64,000 nt of DNA from a bacterium (GTDB lineage: Bacteria > Zhuqueibacterota > Zhuqueibacteria > Residuimicrobiales > Krinioviventaceae). The notes below the pieces were generated by a model, which did no database searches, had not been told where the DNA came from, and saw only the letters and a program-made list of their open reading frames with translations. The number at the start of each line of letters is the position of its first letter. Position 1 is the first letter of the stretch. This document shows, piece by piece, positions 9,261 to 18,110 of this stretch. The stretch lies in NCBI GenBank assembly GCA_963693055.1, contig OY843751.1:2080001-2144000 (forward strand), given 5' to 3'. The position numbers and the translations under genes are program-made.

Positions 9261-11291
9261 CTATGTATTTGCATTCTTGACAGTTTTGTTGATCAATGTA
9301 TCATCAGCAATATGGGGCAGGGTTATATGGTCCTGTCCCTTTCGCAAGTCGTTATATTGTTTAACGGTTTCGATTGAATTCGGATTTCTGGCCCAAGCAC
9401 GTCTGGCTACACCACCCATAACATCCCAGGGGATGGCTTGTTGAATGATTTCGTCAATACGTTCACTGCCATCCAGCACCAGTCCGAATCCACCATTAAT
9501 GGCTTTGCCTATGCCCACTCCGCCGCCATTGTGCAGAGCGATAAGGCTCATACCTCGTGCAGCATTACCGGCAAAGCACTGTGTTGCCATGTCTGCCATA
9601 ATGTTACTGCCATCTTTAATGTTAGAGGTTTCGCGATAGGGAGAATCTGTTCCACCCGTGTCGTGATGGTCACGTCCAATCATTACCGGACCAATCTCTT
9701 TATTTCGTACCATCTCGTTGAATTTCAGTGCAATATTCATACGTCCCAGTGCATCCTGATAGAGGATACGGGCCTGCGTGCCTACCACCAGTTTGTTTTT
9801 CATGGCGTCACGGATCCAGATATAGTTGTCCCGGTCCTGGAACCTGCGATTAGGATCAATACACTCCATAGCAGCATGATCGGTTTTTATAAGATCAGAT
9901 TCCTCACCGCTCAGGCACACCCACCGAAAGGGACCATATCCGTAATCGAATAACATGGGGCCCATGATATCTTCAACATAAGAGGGAAAGATGAATCCAT
10001 CCAGAGTGTCGCGACCGTTTTTACAGACCGCAGTAGCTCCGGTGTCAAAAACGGCTTTTAAAAAGCTGTTGCCATAGTCAAAGAAATAGGTGCCTTGTTC
10101 AGCAAGAGATTGTACAAGCTGAAAATGGATTTGCAGACTTTTATCAACCAAAACGTTGAATTGCTTGCGATCTGTTTTTAAAAGTTCGGTGCGGTCCTGA
10201 AATGTTAAACCCTTAGGACAATAACCGCCTTCATATACTGCATGGCAGGAGGTTTGATCTGACAAAAGATCGATAGGTACCTTGTTATCAACTGCATATT
10301 TTATAAGATCCACAACATTTCCATAAAAGGCAATAGCGTGGCCTTGTTTTTTTGATTTATAAACCTCGGCTGTTGAAAAAGCTTTTGCGGGATCATCAAT
10401 GACCTCGCTTACCCATCCTTGTTCATGGCGGGTTTGAATGCGGGAGGGGTCCACCTCTGCAATGATGCAAACACCATTGGCAATCTCAACCGCTTTACCT
10501 TGTGCACCGCTCATACCTCCGAGTCCAGACGATACAAACAACACACCGCTCAGATCGGCATCATCCGCTAATCCCAGTTTGAGTCGTGCCGCATTTAGAA
10601 CGGTATTGTATGTACCATGCACAATTCCTTGCGGGCCTATGTACATCCAGCCGCCAGCAGTCATTTGCCCATAGTTGGCAACACCAATAGCCGCGGCGCG
10701 GTTCCAGTTTTCCTGATCGTCAAACATGCCAACCATCAAGGCATTGGTAATAATCACTCTTGGTGCATGAGGTGAGGACTTGAACAATCCCAACGGATGC
10801 CCCGATTCTACAACCAGTGTTTGTTCTGGTGTAATAACTTGCAGGTATCTTTTAATTAGCTGATACTGCATCCAGTTCTGACATACCTGACCGGTTTCGC
10901 CATAGGTTACCAGCTCGTAGGGATAAAGCGCAACAGCAAAATCGAGATTATTGTCTATCATGAGCTGAAATGCTTTGCCCTCAATACATTGTCCTGTATA
11001 TTCATCAACAGGCTTTCCATATAAATTGCCCGATGGACGAAACCGGTAACCATAAATACGACCGGTGGATTGCAGTTCATCCATGAATTCCGTTGCCAGT
11101 TGTTCGTGCCATTTTTCAGGAATGTAACGTAATGCATTTCGCAGAGCCAGTTCTTTGTCCTGTTCGGTTAAATTGGCGAAACGTTTGGGCGCACGCCGAA
11201 TACCGGGTTTGAATTTTGGCAGTGATGGCAGTTCTATATAGATGTTTTCAAGGGAAATGGAATTAGAAAAATTTGAATTGTTGGACTTCAT
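9261..11291 (-). CDS. hutU: Urocanate hydratase (long ~676 aa Bacteroidota/eukaryote-like type); ORF track starts at 11303, the ATG at 11291 has the better RBS
   Basis: GRIYGYRFRP, YGQMTAGGWMYIGPQGIVHGT, GLGGMSGAQ, SDQTSCH, GRDHHD, HNGGGVG. Confidence 0.96.
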   Translation of the reverse strand: MKSNNSNFSNSISLENIYIELPSLPKFKPGIRRAPKRFANLTEQDKELALRNALRYIPEKWHEQLATEFMDELQSTGRIYGYRFRPSGNLYGKPVDEYTGQCIEGKAFQLMIDNNLDFAVALYPYELVTYGETGQVCQNWMQYQLIKRYLQVITPEQTLVVESGHPLGLFKSSPHAPRVIITNALMVGMFDDQENWNRAAAIGVANYGQMTAGGWMYIGPQGIVHGTYNTVLNAARLKLGLADDADLSGVLFVSSGLGGMSGAQGKAVEIANGVCIIAEVDPSRIQTRHEQGWVSEVIDDPAKAFSTAEVYKSKKQGHAIAFYGNVVDLIKYAVDNKVPIDLLSDQTSCHAVYEGGYCPKGLTFQDRTELLKTDRKQFNVLVDKSLQIHFQLVQSLAEQGTYFFDYGNSFLKAVFDTGATAVCKNGRDTLDGFIFPSYVEDIMGPMLFDYGYGPFRWVCLSGEESDLIKTDHAAMECIDPNRRFQDRDNYIWIRDAMKNKLVVGTQARILYQDALGRMNIALKFNEMVRNKEIGPVMIGRDHHDTGGTDSPYRETSNIKDGSNIMADMATQCFAGNAARGMSLIALHNGGGVGIGKAINGGFGLVLDGSERIDEIIQQAIPWDVMGGVARRAWARNPNSIETVKQYNDLRKGQDHITLPHIADDTLINKTVKNANT

Positions 11292-11420
11292 CGCTCTCCC
11301 CATAGCTTAATTAATAGGGAATAAGGAAGGATTGGTGTTTTTGCAAAACCCGTGATTATCATGAATAATAACCGGTCCCGTAAATTTGACAGATCAAAGC
11401 GATAATCAATTGACAATGAG

Positions 11421-11449
11421 AATATAACGGGTGTGGATGCAAAAGTCAA
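11421..11449 (-). promoter_or_regulatory. Sigma70-type promoter of the hut operon
   Basis: Minus strand TTGACT-17 bp-TATATT about 130 nt upstream of hutU. Confidence 0.6.
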
Positions 11450-11554
11450 TGATTTTTCAGATTAAATCAAACGTATCAATTGATAAATAAATGGCAGATT
11501 TGACGAATTTGTATTATATTAAACATGGTCGTTTTTAAAAAATAAGAGCCTGAA

Positions 11555-12451
11555 ATGAAAAAAATCGTTTTAATAGCTTTACTTTTTGTATCTGTTTGTT
11601 TATTTCAATTACTCTTTGGATGCAAGAATACACAATCTGAGATGAATATGGAATTCCACTGGCAGGCACATCGTGGTGGTGGGCTTTATGATGCTCCGGA
11701 TAACAGTGTAGCTGCGTTTTTATATACCTGGAAACTCGGAGGTATCCCGGAAGCGGATATTCGCAAAACATCGGATAACGTTATAATTTGTTTGCATGAT
11801 GGTACTTTGGCCCGTACTTGTAATGCGCCTGATGATATAAAAAATGTATCTGTTTCAGAGTTGTCATTTAAGCAGCTACAAAAACATGATATTGGCGTGT
11901 CGTTTAGCCAGGATTATAAAGGCGAATTTGTCCCGTCTCTAAAACAGGTTTTTGAGCTGATGCAGAACCATCCTGACCGTCAATTATATTTGGATATCAA
12001 AGATGTGGATTTGCAGCAATTGGGTCAAATGATCAATAATTACAAAGTCGGTCCGCAAATTCTTGTTTGCAGTCCCAGACAGGATGATTGCAAAACGCTC
12101 AAAGCTGTAGCTGGTGGGGTACGCTCCATGTTGTGGATGGGAGGGACAGCAAAGGAAATTAAAAGCAAGTTCTATGCTGCCCAAGAATCAGGATTTGAAG
12201 GACTGGATCAGGTACAGCTCCACCTCAATGATCTTAAAGGGACGAATGCATGGCGTTATCAGTTGAATGCTGACTTTGTGAAAAAGGCACTAGAGATTTC
12301 AAATGCATCTGGCATTGATTTGGAGGTGTTTCCTTTTCATTTCGAGGAAAAGGATGTGTTTGCGTTGTTTGATATGGGAATTCGCTGGTTTGCTACCGAT
12401 GAACCCGGACGATTCAGTCAGGCTATTGAAAACTGGAAAAAATCGTTATAA
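11555..12451 (+). CDS. Glycerophosphodiester phosphodiesterase family lipoprotein
   Basis: AHRGG, EADIR.T.D...LHD.TL.RT, PSLKQV, LDIK, ATDEP; lipobox LFGC. Confidence 0.85.
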   Translation: MKKIVLIALLFVSVCLFQLLFGCKNTQSEMNMEFHWQAHRGGGLYDAPDNSVAAFLYTWKLGGIPEADIRKTSDNVIICLHDGTLARTCNAPDDIKNVSVSELSFKQLQKHDIGVSFSQDYKGEFVPSLKQVFELMQNHPDRQLYLDIKDVDLQQLGQMINNYKVGPQILVCSPRQDDCKTLKAVAGGVRSMLWMGGTAKEIKSKFYAAQESGFEGLDQVQLHLNDLKGTNAWRYQLNADFVKKALEISNASGIDLEVFPFHFEEKDVFALFDMGIRWFATDEPGRFSQAIENWKKSL

Positions 12452-12618
12452 AAAATACCCAAATGTATAGAAATTCATTTTCAGGTATTATCTTTTTACT
12501 TTCTTTTTGTCAGTATCATTTGTGAAAATAATTCTACATATACCCCTAATCAGGAAAATACTGGAGATTTTTCAAGTCTATACAAGAATTAATTACTAAA
12601 AATGTATAAAGGTCTATC

Positions 12619-13881
12619 ATGAAAAGAGAATTGAAATGTATTATTAACGTAATTGTTCTAGCCACTATTCTGACAGTGTTATCGATAGTGCAGGTATTTG
12701 CGCAATCAAATTTTCCTACAAATTTTCCAGACAGAATTGTCTTAAACTTGACAGAAGATCCGTCTACTTCCATGGCAGTTACTTGGCGTACTGATACAAC
12801 CATTGTAGCTGGTTATTGTGAATTACAGCCAGCTTCTGATACCCGGATAAATCCTCAAGAGAGTAAATCTTTTAAAGCACAAACAACCAGATTCGAATTT
12901 TTTCCTGAAAAAGAAATTCCTGAATATGCAAATCAGCATTCACAAATATTAACAGGACTGGAACCCGATTCTAAATATATATATCGTGTTGGAAACGACA
13001 AATATTGGAGTGAATGGTTTCAATTTCAAACTCCTTCAGATATTGGAAACAAATTCTCTTTTATTTATTTTGGCGATCCTCAAACAAGTTTAAAATCGGA
13101 ATGTTCAAGAGTAATCCGCAATGCCTTTCAGCAATGTCCCAATAGCGGGTTTATGCTTTATGGGGGAGATTTGATAAACCACGCGGGAAGTGATACAGAA
13201 TGGCAAGGTTGGTTTGATGCTGGTTCTTTTATTTATGCAACTATACCACAAATTATGACTCCAGGGAACCATGACTATCAGGATTTATTGCTGGATCCTC
13301 ACTGGAACGCACAATTTACGCTCCCCCCAAACGGACCTAGTGGACTGGAAGGGACATGCTATTTTGTTGATTATGAAGATCTGCGCCTAATATCCATTGA
13401 TTCTGCAACTGACAATGAGTTGGAACATGAATCTGGTGCTGCAATGACATCACAGAAAATTTGGCTTGATTCTGTATTGACTTATAATACTAAAAAATGG
13501 ACAATTCTTACAACTCACCTACCGTTCTACTCTCCAAAAGAGAGTAGGGACAATAAACATCTCAGAACACATTTTCAACCAATCATTGAAAAGCATGGTG
13601 TTGATATGGTTCTTACAGGTCATGACCATTCTTATGGCAGAGGAACAGCAACTGATAATCCTGATATTCAACCGTCAATCGTTTATGTTGTATCCGTATG
13701 TGGTCCTAAATTATATCCGGCGGGAGATAAGGAATGGATGCAAAAGAGCATTTCGTATACACAGCTCTATCAGGTAATTTCAATAGATAAAAATATTCTT
13801 TCTTATAAAGCATATTCAGCAAGTGGGGAACTGGTTGATGAGTTTGTATTGGAAAAAGATGATACACCGAAAAACAATTAA
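12619..13881 (+). CDS. Purple acid phosphatase family metallophosphoesterase with N-terminal FN3 domain
   Basis: Signal peptide; VTWRT and YIYRVG (FN3); GDPQ, GGDLI, PGNHD, HLPFY, TGHDHSY metallophosphoesterase motifs. Confidence 0.88.
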   Translation: MKRELKCIINVIVLATILTVLSIVQVFAQSNFPTNFPDRIVLNLTEDPSTSMAVTWRTDTTIVAGYCELQPASDTRINPQESKSFKAQTTRFEFFPEKEIPEYANQHSQILTGLEPDSKYIYRVGNDKYWSEWFQFQTPSDIGNKFSFIYFGDPQTSLKSECSRVIRNAFQQCPNSGFMLYGGDLINHAGSDTEWQGWFDAGSFIYATIPQIMTPGNHDYQDLLLDPHWNAQFTLPPNGPSGLEGTCYFVDYEDLRLISIDSATDNELEHESGAAMTSQKIWLDSVLTYNTKKWTILTTHLPFYSPKESRDNKHLRTHFQPIIEKHGVDMVLTGHDHSYGRGTATDNPDIQPSIVYVVSVCGPKLYPAGDKEWMQKSISYTQLYQVISIDKNILSYKAYSASGELVDEFVLEKDDTPKNN

Positions 13882-13952
13882 CTAATGTATATACAATAAT
13901 ATATCCAGTAATACATTTATCAAAATGAAAATTGAAAAATCCAGGAGTTGAA

Positions 13953-15191
13953 ATGAAAAAAAAAGTCATAATAATTCTTATAGCTTTACTTTTTGTTACT
14001 GCATGTCAACAATCCAGGTCTCCAATAACAATTGATATATCTAATAATTGGAAATTCTCACCTGATGAGAATAACATTGGCACATCTGAGAGTTGGTATT
14101 CCATTAATTTTGATGACTCTGACTGGGCGGTCATTGATGCCGGGAAGAGATGGGAAGATTTGGGCTATCGTGATTTGGATGGCTTTGGCTGGTATAGAAA
14201 AACCTTTGACATTCCGGCGGATTGGAAGGGTAAAAAAATATGGCTAAGAATTGAAGCTGTTAATGATGCTTACGAATTGTTTATAAATGGTAAAAGTGTG
14301 AGCTATTTCGGTTCAGCAAATATAAGTGTAGCTACACGACCTACTTTTACAGAGATCAGTAAAAATGTCAACTATGGTGAAAGCAATGTTGTTGCAATCC
14401 AGGTTAATGATTGGGGGAACAGTGGAGGATTGTGGAGATTGCCGGTTATTCTGACAACTGATGAAGAAAAAGCTACAAGTATTTTTAATCCAATGTCGGA
14501 TACATGCTATACAGCCGAAAGTCTGGGGTATCAACTCGTTTGGGAGGATAATTTTGACGGTGATAAACTTGATCCTGATAAATGGGGTTATCGGGGTACC
14601 GGACCTCGCAGAATTGGTTATAATTCGCCCGATGCAGTAAAAATTCATGATGGTTTTCTTGAACTCCTGGCCATTGAAAGCGGAGACAGTGTCAAGGCCG
14701 GAATGATCAGCACGATGAACCGTTTTATGCCTACTTTTGGTTATTTTGAATGCCGTGCGCAATTGCAAAAGTCAAAGGGAGTGTGGGCAGCATTTTGGAT
14801 TCAGTCTCCCAAAATTTCACAGGGAGAAGACCCTGCAACATTTGGTACGGAAATAGATATCTTTGAATATTTCAAAGAGGCAGGTGAAGATATGATTATG
14901 CATAATCTTCATTGGGCTTATGGCCCCAACCAGAAAACTATTGGAGGCAGACAGAGTCATGTTAAAGGCCTGCACGAGGGATTTCATACGTTTGCTCTGG
15001 AATGGACGCCTGAAAAATATGCGTTTTTTGTTGATGGTTACAAGTATTATGAAATCAGAGAAGCCATATCTCACATAGAAGAAGAAATTATCCTCAGTAT
15101 GGAACTCCCAGCTACACAGGAAGCATTAAAAGAGACAGTTTTTCCCGATACTTTTAAAGTAGATTGGGTCAGAGTATATCAAAAGAAATAG
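13953..15191 (+). CDS. GH16 glycoside hydrolase lipoprotein with N-terminal GH2-like sugar-binding jelly-roll domain
   Basis: ATG 13953 after AGGAG; lipobox VTAC; GFGWYRK..GGLWR (jelly roll); WEDNFDG, GYFECR, WAAFW and catalytic EIDIFE. Confidence 0.85.
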   Translation: MKKKVIIILIALLFVTACQQSRSPITIDISNNWKFSPDENNIGTSESWYSINFDDSDWAVIDAGKRWEDLGYRDLDGFGWYRKTFDIPADWKGKKIWLRIEAVNDAYELFINGKSVSYFGSANISVATRPTFTEISKNVNYGESNVVAIQVNDWGNSGGLWRLPVILTTDEEKATSIFNPMSDTCYTAESLGYQLVWEDNFDGDKLDPDKWGYRGTGPRRIGYNSPDAVKIHDGFLELLAIESGDSVKAGMISTMNRFMPTFGYFECRAQLQKSKGVWAAFWIQSPKISQGEDPATFGTEIDIFEYFKEAGEDMIMHNLHWAYGPNQKTIGGRQSHVKGLHEGFHTFALEWTPEKYAFFVDGYKYYEIREAISHIEEEIILSMELPATQEALKETVFPDTFKVDWVRVYQKK

Positions 15192-15227
15192 TTTATTACA
15201 GTTATTTTTTAAGAGAATGGAGAAGAA

Positions 15228-17624
15228 ATGAAATTATTCAAAGAGAGAGTAAACGGATTGTTGCCAGCTGTATTTCTATTTTGTATAATATGTTCTAGCT
15301 TGTTTGCGCAAAGTAACAACGGAACCGTTGACGAAAATAAGTCAATCGAGCAAAAGGCCAAAGATATTATATCTCAAATGACGTTGGAAGAAAAGATTGG
15401 CTTGATTGTTGGCGATGGAAAATATTTACCTGCTGTTGATCCCCAAACTGTATCGACAGAAACCGGTATGCTGGTAACAGACCAAACAGTAAAACATTTA
15501 ATACCCCGTCTGTCCATAAAATCCAGTACCATGTCTGATGGTCCGGCCGGTTTAAACAGAGAACCCCGTAAAGAAGGGCAAGAGGATTTTCATTATTCCA
15601 CCGCATTTCCTACGGCATCCTGTTTGGCTTCAACCTGGAATACCGATTTGGTGGAGCAGGTTGGCAAGGCGTTTGGTAATGAAGCATTGGAATATGGTAT
15701 TGATCTCGTGCTGGGCCCCGGCCTGAATATTCATCGTAATCCTAAAAACGGAAGGGCTTTTGAGTACTATTCTGAAGATCCATTGTTAACCGGAAAAATG
15801 GCGGCATCGATGGTGAATGGAATGCAATCTTATGGATCGGGTTCTACCTTGAAACATTTTGTCGCTCATAATCAGGAAGCGAACAGAAGAAATTACAACG
15901 CAGTTATCAGCCAAAGAGCTTTGCGAGAGATCTATTTGCGAGGATTCGAGATTGCAGTCAAAGAGGCAAGCCCAAAAGCGATAATGACCTCTTACAATCG
16001 TGTAAATGGGGATTATACTGCTGAGAATCCTGAACTTTTGCAGACCATTGTTCGCAAGGAATGGGGTTATGACGGTCTGTTGATAACAGATTGGGATGGA
16101 AACGGTAGTGCCGTGGCAAAAGTAAGGGCCGGTAAAAATTTATTGATGAGTGGTAACAGACAGGAATACAATGAGCTGACATCTGCTATGAAAAATCAAA
16201 CTCTGGATGAGAGTACACTGGATGAAAATTTGGTCAATCTGATAAAATTCAAGCTCGATTCCCCCCGGGAAAAAGGGCATATTCCATCTTTTAACCCGGA
16301 TTTAAAAGCCCATGCTGAGACCGCTCGAATAGCGGCAGAGGAAGGTATGGTATTATTAAAAAATGACAAAAACACACTTCCTTTGAAAAAAGGTAAAAGG
16401 GTTGCCTTGTTTGGCAAGATTGGTTATCATCTCATTCCTTATGGTACAGGTAGCGGTTGTGTGAGAAGTTTTAAATATGCCGTTTCAGTTAACCAAGGGC
16501 TCCAGTCAGCAGGCTTTAAGGTGTTGAAAGAGATGGAGACAGATTATATCGCTCTGATAGAAAAAATAAAACGGGAAAACCTGGTACCACCCTATTTTGA
16601 TACGCCTAAACACCGCAAAGACAATGGTATAGTCGGAGATCAAGCACCGAAACACTTTAAAGAGAGACTGGTTGCGTTTGCCAAAGAACCGCAAATTCCT
16701 GTGGCAGATATTTTAAAATACGAAAACAATGCCGACGTTGCTGTCATTACTCTTGGCCGAAGCGCAGGTGAGAATTACGAGAACGGCTATATTCCCATAT
16801 CAGAAAATGAACTTGAATTGGTGAAAAATGTAAGTGCTGTTTTTCATGATGCCGGGAAAAAAGTAATTGTTGTGCTAAATGTCGGTGGTGTTTGGGAAAC
16901 TGCCAGCTGGAGAGATTATGTGGATGCAATTCTGCTGGCTTGGTTGCCGGGGCAGGAAGGCGGGAATGCAATAGCAAATATTTTAAAAGGCGCTGTTAAT
17001 CCGTCAGGGAAATTGCCCGATTCTTTCCCGCTCAAGTATGAGGACGTACCATCCGCAGAATATTTCCCTGGTGTACCCGAAGAAGAGCCTATTTATTCTC
17101 TCTATAACGATGGTGTTTACGTCGGTTATCGGTATTATGATTCTTTTGATGTTCCTACTGCTTTTGAATTTGGTTTTGGGTTATCATATACTACTTTTCA
17201 ATATTCCGATTTAAAGTTGAGCAGTAATTCATTTTCCAAAACTTTAACAGTAAATGTAACGGTTAAAAATACCGGTAAAGTAGCTGGTAAAGAGATTGTT
17301 CAACTCTATATAGCTGCACCATCTACCCGGATGGAAAAACCAGTGCACGAGCTCAAAGGCTTTGCAAAAACCCGTTTATTAAAACCGGGTGAGAGTCAGA
17401 AAATCTCCTTTGAACTGGATGAACGTGCGCTGGCTTCTTTCTGGAGTGGCATTGATGCCTGGTTGGCAGATAAAGGTGACTATAAAGTGCAAATGGGTGC
17501 ATCGTCCAAAGACATTCGTCTTGAAGCTTCTTTTAATTTAGCCCAGGATGTGGTTGTTGAAAAAGTCAATGATGTGTTATATCCCAACTATTTATTGAAT
17601 GAGAAAAGTCGATTTGATAAATAG
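15228..17624 (+). CDS. GH3 beta-glucosidase/xylosidase with C-terminal FN3-like domain
   Basis: MTLEEK, SDGPAG, GRAFEYYSEDP, KHFVA, ITDW nucleophile, NPSGKLP, FGFGLSYTTF, ELKGF. Confidence 0.93.
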   Translation: MKLFKERVNGLLPAVFLFCIICSSLFAQSNNGTVDENKSIEQKAKDIISQMTLEEKIGLIVGDGKYLPAVDPQTVSTETGMLVTDQTVKHLIPRLSIKSSTMSDGPAGLNREPRKEGQEDFHYSTAFPTASCLASTWNTDLVEQVGKAFGNEALEYGIDLVLGPGLNIHRNPKNGRAFEYYSEDPLLTGKMAASMVNGMQSYGSGSTLKHFVAHNQEANRRNYNAVISQRALREIYLRGFEIAVKEASPKAIMTSYNRVNGDYTAENPELLQTIVRKEWGYDGLLITDWDGNGSAVAKVRAGKNLLMSGNRQEYNELTSAMKNQTLDESTLDENLVNLIKFKLDSPREKGHIPSFNPDLKAHAETARIAAEEGMVLLKNDKNTLPLKKGKRVALFGKIGYHLIPYGTGSGCVRSFKYAVSVNQGLQSAGFKVLKEMETDYIALIEKIKRENLVPPYFDTPKHRKDNGIVGDQAPKHFKERLVAFAKEPQIPVADILKYENNADVAVITLGRSAGENYENGYIPISENELELVKNVSAVFHDAGKKVIVVLNVGGVWETASWRDYVDAILLAWLPGQEGGNAIANILKGAVNPSGKLPDSFPLKYEDVPSAEYFPGVPEEEPIYSLYNDGVYVGYRYYDSFDVPTAFEFGFGLSYTTFQYSDLKLSSNSFSKTLTVNVTVKNTGKVAGKEIVQLYIAAPSTRMEKPVHELKGFAKTRLLKPGESQKISFELDERALASFWSGIDAWLADKGDYKVQMGASSKDIRLEASFNLAQDVVVEKVNDVLYPNYLLNEKSRFDK

Positions 17625-17660
17625 TGGGGAGGACCACCTGAAAAATATAATACTAATATT

Positions 17661-17681
17661 TGGTGGGGCAATGCCCCGCCA
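17661..17681. terminator. GC-rich hairpin downstream of the GH3 gene (possible terminator)
   Basis: TGGTGGGGC-AAT-GCCCCGCCA; the U tract is weak. Confidence 0.4.
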
Positions 17682-18110
17682 TATGAATTTATGTTTGAGT
17701 ATGCAATCAGTGTTTATCTCTGATTAAATCAATTAATCTACACGATAATTTTGTATATAACCAGACACGCATGGATAAACACAAATCAACTTTCTGTTGA
17801 AATACCATGGGAATAGATCCCTGGCCTTGTTACAATCTTGAAATAGAAGGTTTGTCTGGTGAAAAACTATTTTATTGATTATTTTAACAATAATTACTAT
17901 AATAAACCAACACTGACAGATATTTACTATGGAAGAAACCGGGGGGTTTGTTGCCAGGTTAAGAAAATCAATTTGTCTAAAAAGTTTGCTACTGTTTATA
18001 ATCTAGTGTAACATGATATTCATTGTTATAGATGAATAGAGTTTGGGTACTAGTTTAATTTTTATCAAAGAAAAACTGACGAGTTACGCGTTTGTACTTG
18101 TAAATGAATT

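Noticed and set aside
17625-18110. 486-nt intergenic gap as a ncRNA or pseudogene
   Set aside because: Only a short ACCAGACA/TGTCTGGT inverted match and a possible promoter near 17973-18002; no recognisable RNA family or protein remnant
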